Origin: Nitrosopumilaceae archaeon
GTDB lineage: Archaea > Thermoproteota > Nitrososphaeria > Nitrososphaerales > Nitrosopumilaceae
Direction: 5' to 3'
DNA: 64,000 nt
Assembly (NCBI GenBank): GCA_052389415.1
Contig: JBQTHX010000030.1
Span: forward strand, 48,590 to 112,589
Shown here: positions 37,593 through 47,839 of the stretch, one piece after another
Position numbering within the stretch: the stretch's first letter is position 1
Layout of the letters: the number at the start of each line of letters is the position of its first letter
The notes under the pieces: model-generated
Told to the model about the DNA's origin: nothing
The model's input: only the letters and a program-made list of their open reading frames with translations
Database searches by the model: none
Position numbers and translations under genes: made by a program

Positions 37593-39161
37593 TTACTGGA
37601 CGTTTGCAATTTTTTTCCAATCTACATCTGTTTTTGTAACCCACTGGAATTTCTTTTGAAGAGCAGAAGTATAGAGTTTCTCCCACTCTAAACCCACTTG
37701 ATCAGTCCACGCTTTGAAGACTCTTGGGTCTATGTAGTTTCTAAGTGAGGTTCCCAAGTTATAATCTCTGGTTTTTTCTGTAAGCTCTATTGTAAGCTTC
37801 ATTTTTTCCTCTCTAAGTTTTAGTTTTTCTTTTTGTTTTTCAGTCTTGGGTGTTGTTTCCTTTAATTTCTTCAAGGTATCTTTCTTTTTTTGTAATGATT
37901 CTTCAAAGCTCTTTGGAATTGTTCTTTTGTGATTACAGGTAATCGCAGCCTCAAGATTTGCTAGTTTAGCATGATATATCTTGAGATTTTCTGACTTTGA
38001 ATTCAAATCATTGATTTTTTTAAGATAATCAGTAACTACAGAGGTTGCCAGATACGTTCTAAAGACTTTGGCGGTTAATCCTTTTACTATCTTTCCAAGA
38101 AATTCATTCACATGTCTTGACGTGATGTCATGAAAAATCTGCTCATCTGGTTTTTTCTTTTCTGTAAACTTTTTCAGATTATCATAAAGTGTTTTATCTT
38201 GGCCTTTTATTGGATATGATTTTTGCCACCGTACGCTATCTTTTCCAAGAAAATCAAACTCTATTGCATCTGGTTTTAGCTTGAGATGCTCTACTCTTAA
38301 TGTAGTTGCGCCTACCGTATCTGCCTCATCAGGGTCTTTTTCGTCTCCTACCCTCATTGCAGTTTTATAAATTAAATAACATACGGTAGCAACTCTTCTT
38401 ACTTTCTCATCGCGATCTGTCATTTCCTCTACAACCTTGTTTAGTATCTTGTCAATGTGTTCTGAAAGCTTTATGGCTTTGTCATACTTCATTTTGTCTC
38501 GCTCTTGTTTTAGATCGGACATATCAGAAAGCCAAACATACTTTCGCTTTTGTGTAAGATAATCTTCCCAACTTGCAAGCCACATAAAATCCGATTCGTG
38601 AATTATCTTTCCCCAGTTTCCTTCTGGTACCTTTGCTTCTTTACCCAAGTTTAGTGTTACATCTTTTTGAGTAATTCTTGGTTTCCATCTGCCTCTGAGC
38701 GGATGATCACCTCTGCCGATGAATAGACCTGGAGGTTCCGCCATCCAATTAGCAACATCAACTTGCTTTCCATCAATTATTGCTACTCCATACTTTGCTT
38801 TCATTTTTTCTTTTATCTCTTTCCGCTGTAAAGCAACCTTCTTTTTTTGCTCTTTATCCAACGTCAGCTTGGAATCTTTCTCTTTATCTACAACTTTGTT
38901 TGCTTCGGAAAAATCGATATCTGAAAGTGAAATTTTGCTGTATTTTTCAGGAAGAACCTTTATAAAGTCTTCAAGGAAGTTTTTACAAAAGACCTTGTCC
39001 TGAACATATGGTGTGTCTTTTTTCTTTGCCCACTGATAGACCATCTCTTCTTGGTCCAAGCTCAATGGTATTTTTTCTCCCTTTATCTTGACAGTTATCC
39101 TCTTAGTCTCAAAGGGCGGAGGAAAAGCTATGCCATTATGTTGTAAGGTTTTCCATTTCAT
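37593..39161 (-). CDS. DNA topoisomerase IB (eukaryote-like)
   Basis: KWKTLQHNG, EPPGLFIGRGDHP, catalytic set AMRVG / FLGKDS / KVFRT / CNH / SLRNYIDPR. Confidence 0.97.
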   Translation of the reverse strand: MKWKTLQHNGIAFPPPFETKRITVKIKGEKIPLSLDQEEMVYQWAKKKDTPYVQDKVFCKNFLEDFIKVLPEKYSKISLSDIDFSEANKVVDKEKDSKLTLDKEQKKKVALQRKEIKEKMKAKYGVAIIDGKQVDVANWMAEPPGLFIGRGDHPLRGRWKPRITQKDVTLNLGKEAKVPEGNWGKIIHESDFMWLASWEDYLTQKRKYVWLSDMSDLKQERDKMKYDKAIKLSEHIDKILNKVVEEMTDRDEKVRRVATVCYLIYKTAMRVGDEKDPDEADTVGATTLRVEHLKLKPDAIEFDFLGKDSVRWQKSYPIKGQDKTLYDNLKKFTEKKKPDEQIFHDITSRHVNEFLGKIVKGLTAKVFRTYLATSVVTDYLKKINDLNSKSENLKIYHAKLANLEAAITCNHKRTIPKSFEESLQKKKDTLKKLKETTPKTEKQKEKLKLREEKMKLTIELTEKTRDYNLGTSLRNYIDPRVFKAWTDQVGLEWEKLYTSALQKKFQWVTKTDVDWKKIANVQ

Positions 39162-39225
39162 TTTGAAATATCACCAATCTAGTGTGCCTAAATTTGTTGA
39201 CTTTGATAAATTTTGACTGGGAGTG

Positions 39226-39293
39226 TATATCAATCTAACCACGTTCACGCGTAGGAATACTTATGCCCATCCAAGAAATCACAGATTGATATA
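39226..39293. repeat. 68-bp segment bounded by perfect 11-bp inverted repeats TATATCAATCT / AGATTGATATA
   Basis: Arms at 39226-39236 and 39283-39293 in the intergenic region upstream of topoisomerase IB. Confidence 0.5.
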
Positions 39294-39294
39294 A

Positions 39295-40122
39295 TCAGGT
39301 GCTGAAAAGCTCTTTTTTGATATAATTTTCAAATTCTATATCGGTTTTTGATTTTTTTGCTTCTAAGAACATGACTGCATCATTTCCTACGGCATACCTT
39401 GGCAGGGGATTTTCTGATTTGATTGCTTTGATTATGGTTTTTCCAACCTCTTGTGGGTGGGTGCCCATTTCAGCCATCATGGATATTCCCATGATAACTT
39501 TGTCTGTTATCTCTTTATACGCCGAATCTGACTTTGTAGATTTTTTTGTAGAAGTCATAAAATTTGTCTTGATCACACCTGGTTCGATAATTATCGTTTT
39601 GATTCCAAATGGAGAAAGTTCGTATCGCATAGATTCACTCAATCCTTCCAGTGCAAACTTTGAGCTAATATATGCTGGAGAAACTGGAAATCCAATTCTC
39701 CCTGCTACTGAACTAACATTCACAATTATTCCAGATTTTTGCTTACGCATTATTGGAATGACTGCTTGTGTTGTTCTTACCACTCCAAAAAAGTTGGTTT
39801 CAAACTGTGCCTTAAGATCATCCATGGAAAGATCTTCCAGACAACCAAAGAGACCATATCCTGCATTATTTACTAGAACATCAATACTGTTTCTTTCCTT
39901 CATTATTTTACTTATGGCAGATTGAACGGATTGATCTTTGTCAACATCAAGCTCAAGTACTTCTAATTTCAAATTTTCTTTCTTTGCAATTTCTTTTATC
40001 TGATCACCTTTAGCTATATTTCGCATTGTTGCATATGTGTGATATCCATCTCGTGCTAACGCTAATGCTGTTTCAAAACCAATCCCACTTGAACAACCTG
40101 TTACTATTGCAGTTCTTTCCAT
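39295..40122 (-). CDS. short-chain dehydrogenase/reductase
   Basis: TGCSSGIG, VNNAG, VSS, YISSK (YxxxK), IEPG. Confidence 0.95.
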   Translation of the reverse strand: MERTAIVTGCSSGIGFETALALARDGYHTYATMRNIAKGDQIKEIAKKENLKLEVLELDVDKDQSVQSAISKIMKERNSIDVLVNNAGYGLFGCLEDLSMDDLKAQFETNFFGVVRTTQAVIPIMRKQKSGIIVNVSSVAGRIGFPVSPAYISSKFALEGLSESMRYELSPFGIKTIIIEPGVIKTNFMTSTKKSTKSDSAYKEITDKVIMGISMMAEMGTHPQEVGKTIIKAIKSENPLPRYAVGNDAVMFLEAKKSKTDIEFENYIKKELFST

Positions 40123-40177
40123 AATTCAGATCTTAAAGTGTCATTAATAATTTGTATTGTTATTAATTTCCTTTTCA

Positions 40178-42685
40178 CTAAACCAGTGGCTTATCGCCTT
40201 CTACAGGTTCTGTAACCTCTGTTAATTCGCCATCGTTAATTCTCTGTAATACTTCGGTTGCAGCTAGTTTGTGAAGATATTCGTTGTTATTGCCACATCT
40301 GTAAGAAAAGGTACATCGTGGACATCCTGCCTCATTCTTACAAGGACATTCCTTTACTATGTGAAGACCTCTCTCAAAGGTCTTTTCTAGCCTATCATAA
40401 AGAGCCTTGCTAGCTCCACTTCCACCTATGGCAGAATCGTACACAAAGATTAGACCAGATGTTCCAAGAGATATTCCTCCTAGGTCTTGAGAAACACCAC
40501 CTGTTATCATGTTACTTCCTTCTATTACCACATGTTCTGTCGCATGATATGAGCTTGCTTCTACATATTCTTCATTCTCTGATTTCTTGATTTCATTTAT
40601 TGGTCTTGGAGCTTTGAAAACAATCCCCTTGGTGACAAAATCATAATCTAAAGGTCTTTCCAAAAGCACTCTTTGACCTTGTGTTACTTCATGACCAAGT
40701 TCAATGTTGACATAACCATATACTCGTTTTTGTATATGTAATTTACAAAATGCGACTTCTATACCATGGGCCTTCCTTTTTTCATACACCATTTCAATTG
40801 TTGGCCATTCTTCTGTAAGAGCTTTTGTGTAGTACGGATAATCTCTTGGGAGATATTCTAGTCTTGCATACATTTTTTGAGGGTATCCAAGCTCTCTTAC
40901 TTTGTAACGTGTACCTGCAAGAAAATAGACAGCTGATTCATGTAATTCCTCAAGTGCAATTGGAAGTGCCCGCTCGCCAACTTTCTTCGTATTCAAAAAT
41001 ATATCAATTGACTTTCCTATTCCTCTAATACTATAGTCATTCAACAAAGATTCAATCTGAGTATAATTTGGGACGTATCTGTTTTCAATTAATACAAGAT
41101 TTCCAGAAGCTGCGTGTTTTTCAATTACTTCTTGATGTTCCTTTAGCTCATGTTTTACGATTGGCTTGTCTGCCGCCATTGCAAGAACTTGAAAGTCTTC
41201 TACAAAGGGATTTTTTGGGTCAATGTAAATTCTTTCTACGTCTTCAAAATAGTCCTCTGGGTGATTTTTGTAATATTGTGAGATGGGGTCGTTTCCTAGT
41301 ACCAAAAAGGCATATCCGTTCTGACCTTTTCTTGCTGCTCTCCCTATTCGTTGTACTAGCCTGTTTACAGGAATTGTAGATGAAATTACTCCATCTACGT
41401 TGCCTACATCTATCCCAAGTTCAAGAGTAGGGGTTGCAGAAATTGCCATAAGTGAATCATTTTTGAATGCATTTTCAACCGATCTTCTGTAATTTGACAT
41501 AAGACCTGCCCTGTGTACCTTAATGTCCACTTTTTGTTTTCTTGCCTGCATTGCCAAAAGCTCAGAATTTAGATGCGAATTGCTAAAGACAAGTGTCTTA
41601 TGTTTCTTTGATGTTAGTCTTTTAACAATCTCTACCATCAAAGCGCGTTGAGTCCTAAGTGATGGAAAAAGCATACTAAAATCTGTCTTGCCTTTTTTTC
41701 CAGATCCTGAAACCAATTTCATTTGTACACCAAAAAGTTGTTCACAAAATGGTAATGCATTATCAAGTGTTGCAGAAGACGCAATTATCTGCATTCTTTG
41801 ACAAATTCTTTTCAGTCTCTTGATGATATAATGTACATTTGATCCAAATATTCCAGAATAGACATGAGCTTCATCTACCACTAGAAATTTTACCGTATTT
41901 AGCAAAGATGCAAACTTACTCCTGCGCCACAGATGATAATGAATCACATCAAAATTTGTTATTATTATTTCTGGTGGATTTTCAAAAATTTTTTGTCTGT
42001 CCAAAATTTTTACATCTCCATCTAATATAGTCACTTTTATTCCAATCTGATCTGCAATTTCCTTTATTTTTGGCAGTTGATCTTTCGAAAGAGACTTGGT
42101 GGGATATACAAAAAGTGCCAAAACTTTCCCTTTGGAGTTCTCATCCAGAATTTTTTGTATGATGGGCACAGCAAATGCTTCTGTTTTGCCCGATGCAGTT
42201 GGAGCAGTAATGACTAGATTATTTCCTCGTATTATTTCCAGTATGGCATCCTCTTGGAATTTGTAAAATTGTTCAATTCCTTTATTTTCTAAAACTCTCG
42301 TAATGCTTTCATCTAAACCAGATTCCATAACTTTGCTACCCATCTTTGGTTCTGGTTCAGAAAGTGTCCTAAAATGTGAAACAAAGTGTTTCTTTGAAAA
42401 CAAGATTGAACTAGTGAGATCATCTAGTTTGCTGTCTCCTATCATTTTACTTATTTCATTTTCACTTTGCACTATTCCTTCTTGTTCAAGCGCAGTCTTC
42501 ATTTTCGGCTTTGTCAGAACTTTGCCATCATCAAATCTATTAAGAAAATCAAGAAATGCTTCATCTGCATTTTTCTTATAGTCTACAATATCTTCTAAAC
42601 CACATCCATTGCATTCGAACATTAACTTTTGGTTGAATGTTCTCTGCATCTCCATTCTTGATTTGCATTTAGGACAAGAATACAC
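40178..42685 (-). CDS. DEAH-box helicase with DUF1998 domain (Hrq1/MrfA/YprA family) and N-terminal zinc ribbon
   Basis: APTASGKT, YPTKSL, DEAH, SSAT, TLELGIDVG, QRIGRAAR, HATEH...YD..IGG.G, CPC-x4-CPRC; N-terminal CPKC...CNGC. Confidence 0.92.
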   Translation of the reverse strand: MYSCPKCKSRMEMQRTFNQKLMFECNGCGLEDIVDYKKNADEAFLDFLNRFDDGKVLTKPKMKTALEQEGIVQSENEISKMIGDSKLDDLTSSILFSKKHFVSHFRTLSEPEPKMGSKVMESGLDESITRVLENKGIEQFYKFQEDAILEIIRGNNLVITAPTASGKTEAFAVPIIQKILDENSKGKVLALFVYPTKSLSKDQLPKIKEIADQIGIKVTILDGDVKILDRQKIFENPPEIIITNFDVIHYHLWRRSKFASLLNTVKFLVVDEAHVYSGIFGSNVHYIIKRLKRICQRMQIIASSATLDNALPFCEQLFGVQMKLVSGSGKKGKTDFSMLFPSLRTQRALMVEIVKRLTSKKHKTLVFSNSHLNSELLAMQARKQKVDIKVHRAGLMSNYRRSVENAFKNDSLMAISATPTLELGIDVGNVDGVISSTIPVNRLVQRIGRAARKGQNGYAFLVLGNDPISQYYKNHPEDYFEDVERIYIDPKNPFVEDFQVLAMAADKPIVKHELKEHQEVIEKHAASGNLVLIENRYVPNYTQIESLLNDYSIRGIGKSIDIFLNTKKVGERALPIALEELHESAVYFLAGTRYKVRELGYPQKMYARLEYLPRDYPYYTKALTEEWPTIEMVYEKRKAHGIEVAFCKLHIQKRVYGYVNIELGHEVTQGQRVLLERPLDYDFVTKGIVFKAPRPINEIKKSENEEYVEASSYHATEHVVIEGSNMITGGVSQDLGGISLGTSGLIFVYDSAIGGSGASKALYDRLEKTFERGLHIVKECPCKNEAGCPRCTFSYRCGNNNEYLHKLAATEVLQRINDGELTEVTEPVEGDKPLV

Positions 42686-42777
42686 TATGTGATGACATAC
42701 TTTATGATGGATTTAATTTTTGGTTGACGACATTCTTATCTCAGGTTAAACCTTTAAGCAACGAACCTAATCTTGAG

Positions 42778-43668
42778 ATGTTGAAAGCACTTGTTACTGG
42801 TGCAACAGGTTTTATTGGTTCCAGACTTGTGACAAAACTCGTTGATAGAGGAGTTTCAGTTACATGTCTAGTACGTTCAGGGAGTATACAAAATCCTGAA
42901 GTAAAGATGGTTAATGGCGATCTTACCTATCCGGATTTTATTTTACCTGATGAAAAATATGATATAGTTTATCATCTTGCAGCAGTATGGCCAGGAGAGA
43001 AAGACAAGAAAAAAGCAAGAACAGTCAACTACGATGGTTCTGTAAATTTATTCACTTTAATTAAGGAAAAGGCAAAATTCCTTGTGTATGTATCAGGTCT
43101 TGGAGTCTTTGGAGATCCCAAAAATACAGTAGATGAAAACTCTACATTACAACCTCACACAGAATATTCAAAAACAAGACTAGAAGCACAATGGTTCCTA
43201 GGATCTAGTTGTAAAGAAAAGAACATTGATTTTAGTGTAGCATATCTTGGTGATGTTTACGGCAATGGTGGTTGGTTCAAATCAATCATGATTGACAGAC
43301 TACAAAATGGAAGTTTCAGACTTCCTGCAGGGGGAGAATATTATCGAAGTTTCATTCATGTGGACGACGTTATTTCTGCACTAGTTGCAATTGCAGAGAA
43401 AAATGCAATAAACCAATCATTTGTAGTAACAGACTCGAATCCAGTTCTTTTCAAAGACTTTGTTAACTTTGTTTGCGATGAAATGAAAGTAAAACATCCT
43501 GGGAGTGTTCCAGCACTTTTAGCAAAAGCTGTAATGGGTGGCGACTTTGTAAAGCTACTCACGACCTCAATCAAGACTACAAACAAAAAGATTTCAACCA
43601 TCTGTGAATTTGCCTTTCCGTCATACAAGGAAGGAATTCATTCTGTAATCGCAGAAATGAAAACATGA
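42778..43668 (+). CDS. NAD-dependent epimerase/dehydratase family protein
   Basis: LVTGATGFIG, YHLAA, SFIHVDDV; ATG 42778 chosen. Confidence 0.9.
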   Translation: MLKALVTGATGFIGSRLVTKLVDRGVSVTCLVRSGSIQNPEVKMVNGDLTYPDFILPDEKYDIVYHLAAVWPGEKDKKKARTVNYDGSVNLFTLIKEKAKFLVYVSGLGVFGDPKNTVDENSTLQPHTEYSKTRLEAQWFLGSSCKEKNIDFSVAYLGDVYGNGGWFKSIMIDRLQNGSFRLPAGGEYYRSFIHVDDVISALVAIAEKNAINQSFVVTDSNPVLFKDFVNFVCDEMKVKHPGSVPALLAKAVMGGDFVKLLTTSIKTTNKKISTICEFAFPSYKEGIHSVIAEMKT

Positions 43669-43702
43669 TTGACATATAATATGCCAAATTTCTAATTTTT
43701 CT

Positions 43703-44392
43703 ATGGGACTTGGGGGCTACTGGAACGAAGTACTTGATGTTTTAAGAGATATAATTCCTGTTTATGACAAGGTAAATTCCTTAATCTCACTAGGAAAAGA
43801 CGAAGAATGCCGTAGAAGAGGATTGTCAGGCAGAGTAATAGAAGGAAATTCAGTTCTTGATGCTGGATCTGGATTTGGTAACATGTCAAAGACTGCACTG
43901 AAGCTTTGTAACAATAATTTGCAAATCACACTTTATGATCCGTTAACACAAATGTTAAAAAATACAAAAACTTTTTTTCAAACTAGGCCTGAGCTTGCAT
44001 CTGGAGTTTTTGAACACATTCCGTTTCAAGATGAAAGATTTGATGCAGTGATCTGCGGTTACTCTTTGCGTGATGCAATAAGTTTGAAAACTGCAATATC
44101 AGAAATTCATCGAATTCTAAAAAAGGGAGGGCGGTTTGTGATAGTTGATCTAGGAAAACCAGACAATTCAGTTATTAGAGCTGGTGTCTCGTTTTATCTT
44201 AGAGCAATACTTCCCATTATCGCATTTGCAGCTGCAGGAAAGCTTGGACTAAAATTTGCAACTCTTTATGCTACCTACAAACTATGGCCGCAAAATAAGA
44301 AGCTTGAATCCATGTTACTAGAAAAATTCTCTAAGGTAGAATTCAACACTGCAATGCTTGGCGGTGCAATAATGGTAGCAGCATACAAGTAA
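43703..44392 (+). CDS. UbiE/MenG-like SAM-dependent methyltransferase
   Basis: YDKVNSLISLG, VLDAGSGFG, IPFQDERFDAV, LKKGGR, DLGKP. Confidence 0.85.
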   Translation: MGLGGYWNEVLDVLRDIIPVYDKVNSLISLGKDEECRRRGLSGRVIEGNSVLDAGSGFGNMSKTALKLCNNNLQITLYDPLTQMLKNTKTFFQTRPELASGVFEHIPFQDERFDAVICGYSLRDAISLKTAISEIHRILKKGGRFVIVDLGKPDNSVIRAGVSFYLRAILPIIAFAAAGKLGLKFATLYATYKLWPQNKKLESMLLEKFSKVEFNTAMLGGAIMVAAYK

Positions 44393-44393
44393 C

Positions 44394-45551
44394 ATGAACA
44401 GACCTCTAATTCTTGTATATGCTACTGCAATGATAGTAGGAATATCATATGGAATGCACAACCCGATCGTCCCTGTTTTTTCCAAGGAAGTAATAGGTGC
44501 ATCATATTTTGAGCTTGGTTTGATTGGACTTTCAAATTTTATTCCATACATGTTTATTCCGCTCTTTGTTGGTCTGCTTCTTGACAGATTCAACAATGGT
44601 CTATTACTTTCACTTGGAATAACTCTAGACACCGTCTCAATCTATCTTCTGTCTATATCACAATCCGTTCCTGAGGTTGCTGCATTTAGGGCAATGACTG
44701 GAGTGGCCCACTCATTTTTTTGGCCTCCCTGTGAATCAATAATATCAAGAGTTGTACCACCAGAAGCTCGTGTAAAATCAATTTCAAAATTCATGGGATT
44801 CTTTGTCGGTGGACTAATGATAGGACCATTGGCTGGTACATTCTTACTTGAACACTTTGATGTCACATATCAAATATTATTCCAGTATGCAACATTTGCT
44901 ATTGCAGCAGGCATTATCTCATCCTTGCTTTTGAAAAAATATGGCAAGACCACTCACAAAACAGAATTCTCTTTTGTATCAATCAAAAAAATTTTAAAAT
45001 TTCCAACAATTGTTATCATGTTAATTTTTTGTAGTGCGGCGTTTGGAACTTTTCTAACTATTTTTCCCGCATACATGAGTGACAGATTTGTTTCTAAATC
45101 AAACATAGAGTTACTGTTTTTTATTTTTGGAATATCGCGTTTGATCTCTCTTGCTTTTTCCGAGTTGCTTGCAAAAAGAACCTACCAGAGTCTTATTGCT
45201 GCAATGCTTTCGATCGCAATAGGAATGATTGTTGTTTTCTATTCGTTTTCGTTTGAAACGTTTGTTCTTGCAGCTCTGATAATGGGTTTTGGTTTCACAG
45301 TTTATTTTCCATTAACTTTTGAAATTATTATGAAAAAAGCACAAAAAGAACATTCAGGAGGTTTGATTGGAGCTTATGAAACGACGTTTGGTGTAGGATG
45401 GGCCGCAGGACCTCTCATTGCAGGATTAGTGGCAAACTTTTTTGGTAATGCATCTCCATATCTGATGTTTTTTATTATAGGCATTGTAGTTGCAGCAATT
45501 GTGGGTCTGAAGAAAAAGGACTTTGAACCAGCATGGAATCCTAAACTTTAA
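44394..45551 (+). CDS. major facilitator superfamily transporter
   Basis: About 12 TM segments; GLLLDRF motif A; R..TG in TM4; GP..G motifs. Confidence 0.9.
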   Translation: MNRPLILVYATAMIVGISYGMHNPIVPVFSKEVIGASYFELGLIGLSNFIPYMFIPLFVGLLLDRFNNGLLLSLGITLDTVSIYLLSISQSVPEVAAFRAMTGVAHSFFWPPCESIISRVVPPEARVKSISKFMGFFVGGLMIGPLAGTFLLEHFDVTYQILFQYATFAIAAGIISSLLLKKYGKTTHKTEFSFVSIKKILKFPTIVIMLIFCSAAFGTFLTIFPAYMSDRFVSKSNIELLFFIFGISRLISLAFSELLAKRTYQSLIAAMLSIAIGMIVVFYSFSFETFVLAALIMGFGFTVYFPLTFEIIMKKAQKEHSGGLIGAYETTFGVGWAAGPLIAGLVANFFGNASPYLMFFIIGIVVAAIVGLKKKDFEPAWNPKL

Positions 45552-45576
45552 TTTTGGAATAAGATAGTATTTCATC

Positions 45577-45924
45577 ATGCATAATTTCTCACTTAACATC
45601 TTGGGAAGTGAGTGGTTCATCATAGCTTTTGTTGCTATCATACTATTTTTTGGCTCCAAGCGCTTGCCAGAACTATCCAAGAAGCTTGGTAAAGCAGTTG
45701 GAGAATATGACAAGGCAAAAGCTATGGTTCAAAATGAATTACAAAATGCTACTAGAGGTTACAACATCAAGGTGCAGGGTCCTGTTCAAGTAGAAAGACA
45801 AAAGCTAGAGATGATCGCAAAATCGCTTGGCATAGATTTTTTAAACAAAAGTGATGACGAATTGAGAAATATCATTGCATCAAAAATGGGAAAACCCGAC
45901 AGCGATTATGAAAATACCACCTAA
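45577..45924 (+). CDS. tatA: twin-arginine translocase TatA/TatB-family subunit
   Basis: EWFIIAFVAIILFFGSKRLPELSKKLGKAVGEY (TM, FG hinge, amphipathic helix). Confidence 0.88.
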   Translation: MHNFSLNILGSEWFIIAFVAIILFFGSKRLPELSKKLGKAVGEYDKAKAMVQNELQNATRGYNIKVQGPVQVERQKLEMIAKSLGIDFLNKSDDELRNIIASKMGKPDSDYENTT

Positions 45925-45939
45925 TTCTGGCCTCCTTAA

Positions 45940-45985
45940 CAAATTTAAATTTGATTTCAGACTGCGATCTATTTTGTTCTGAAAT
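45940..45985. promoter_or_regulatory. two abutting palindromes upstream of gdhA
   Basis: CAAATTTAAATTTG (45940-45953) and ATTTCAGA-N16-TCTGAAAT (45954-45985); TATA-like box at about 45995-46002. Confidence 0.4.
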
Positions 45986-46026
45986 AAAGAAATGAATATA
46001 ACATAGCTCTACTGAAAATTATTGTC

Positions 46027-47328
46027 ATGAGCATAGAACACTGGGTTGGTGAAAAAGGACAAACCGATCCATTTACTAGTGCAAGTAAACAAGTTAATGA
46101 CGCATGTGATATTTTAGGAATTAAAGATCAAGGATTAAGAGATTATCTTATTATGCCAAACAAAGTACTAAGGGTAAAAATTCCAGTCATGATGGATAAT
46201 GGAAAGATTAGAATCTTTACAGGATTTCGTAGTCAACATAACAATGATCGTGGTCCGTACAAGGGTGGTATTAGATACTTTGACCCCAAAGGCGGAGTCA
46301 AATACATGGAAAGAGAAGTAATGGCACTTTCTTCATGGATGACTTGGAAATGTGCCATTGCAAACATACCTTTGGGTGGAGGAAAGGGAGGAGTATTTGT
46401 AAATCCAAAGAAAGAAAAACTCAGTGCTGGAGAGCTTGAAAGAATTACTAGGAGATTTGCGTTTATGATTTCAGAAATTATAGGACCACAAAAAGACATT
46501 CCTGCACCAGATGTGTATACGACAGGTAAAGAAATGTCTCAGATAATGGATGTATATGGAAAATTAAATGGCAATACTAGTCAACCTGGCGTAATTACTG
46601 GAAAACCAATAGAGATGGGTGGTTCGCTTGCAAGAAATGTTGCAACTGGTCTTGGAACTTCAATTTGTGTGAGAGAGGCTGCAAAGGCTTTGAAACTTAA
46701 TTTAAAAGGTGCCAAAGTTGTTTTACAAGGATTTGGAAATGCTTCTACCTTTGCAGGTGATTATTTAGAAAAACTGGGATGCTTGATTGTTGGCGCATCT
46801 GATTCAAAAGGCTCTATCGTTAATCCCAAAGGAATTAGTATGAAAGACCTTAAAAAATGGAAACAAAACAAAGGAACGGTTGTAGGGTTCCCAAAAAGTA
46901 AGAAAGTTAGTACTGAACAGTTGTTAACTGCTGACTGCGTTGTACTAATCCCGGGTGCATTAGAAAATCAAATCGATGCTAAAATTGCAAAAAAGCTAAA
47001 ATGTAAAATAATTGGTGAGGCCGCAAATGGTCCAACACTACCAGAAGCAGATCCTATATTATATAAAAGGAAGATAATGGCTATTCCTGACATACTAGCA
47101 AATGCAGGTGGAGTAACTATTTCCTATTTGGAATGGGTTCAAAATAATATGGGTTATTATTGGTCATTTGATGAAGTTGCCAAAAAGATGGAAGAACATC
47201 TTGTTGAAAACTTCCATGCAACATATGAAATGTCGGTAAAACATAAAGTCGATATGAGAAAGGCTGCAATGGTTCTTGCAGTAAAACGTGTAGTTGACGC
47301 GTTTCATACAAAAGGCCTCTGGCCTTAA
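46027..47328 (+). CDS. gdhA: glutamate dehydrogenase
   Basis: GPYKGGIRY, MTWKCA, PLGGGKGG, DIPAPDV, TGKP, QGFGN, EAANGP, PDILANAGGV.ISYLEWVQN. Confidence 0.96.
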   Translation: MSIEHWVGEKGQTDPFTSASKQVNDACDILGIKDQGLRDYLIMPNKVLRVKIPVMMDNGKIRIFTGFRSQHNNDRGPYKGGIRYFDPKGGVKYMEREVMALSSWMTWKCAIANIPLGGGKGGVFVNPKKEKLSAGELERITRRFAFMISEIIGPQKDIPAPDVYTTGKEMSQIMDVYGKLNGNTSQPGVITGKPIEMGGSLARNVATGLGTSICVREAAKALKLNLKGAKVVLQGFGNASTFAGDYLEKLGCLIVGASDSKGSIVNPKGISMKDLKKWKQNKGTVVGFPKSKKVSTEQLLTADCVVLIPGALENQIDAKIAKKLKCKIIGEAANGPTLPEADPILYKRKIMAIPDILANAGGVTISYLEWVQNNMGYYWSFDEVAKKMEEHLVENFHATYEMSVKHKVDMRKAAMVLAVKRVVDAFHTKGLWP

Positions 47329-47416
47329 TTATGGCGATATACATTCTTTGAACGTTTTAGAATCGTGAAGGTACGGAAAAAAACTGATACAATAAAAAAA
47401 TATACATTTTTAGAAT

Positions 47417-47764
47417 CTATGCACTAAACGAGTGGCCACATGAGCAGCTTTTTGTCACATTTGGATTGTTAATTTTGAATCCAGCGCCCATCAGGCTTTC
47501 GATATAGTCTACGTTTGCTCCCTTTAGATAGTCTTTACTATAGCTATCTACTAGGATTTTTACTCCGTTTTCCTCAATTAGCACATCATCTTCCTCTTTT
47601 GCTTTTTCAAAGCTCATTCCATAGGATAGTCCTGAACATCCTCCGCCCTGAACATATACTCTAAGGTATTCTGGATTGTCGGTTTCCTCTTTCATAAAAG
47701 CAGCTATCTTTTCCGCTGCTTTTGGAGAAACTGACAATAGCTTTGTTGTCTGGGTATCACTCAT
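47417..47764 (-). CDS. A-type Fe-S carrier (HesB/IscA/ErpA)
   Basis: GGGCSGLSY, NPNVTKSCSCGHSF. Confidence 0.95.
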   Translation of the reverse strand: MSDTQTTKLLSVSPKAAEKIAAFMKEETDNPEYLRVYVQGGGCSGLSYGMSFEKAKEEDDVLIEENGVKILVDSYSKDYLKGANVDYIESLMGAGFKINNPNVTKSCSCGHSFSA

Positions 47765-47839
47765 GATAAAACTAAATCGTCTTTCAAATTATAATAAGGT
47801 TTTCCTACTTAACATACTTGGAATTCAATTCCTCAGGGT

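Noticed and set aside
37593-39161. Eukaryote-like topoisomerase IB as a novelty
   Set aside because: Already an established hallmark of thaumarchaea
47820-47832. GGAATTCAATTCC upstream of the A-type carrier gene as an NrpR box
   Set aside because: Spacing is GGAA-N5-TTCC rather than N6, and the target gene is not a nitrogen gene
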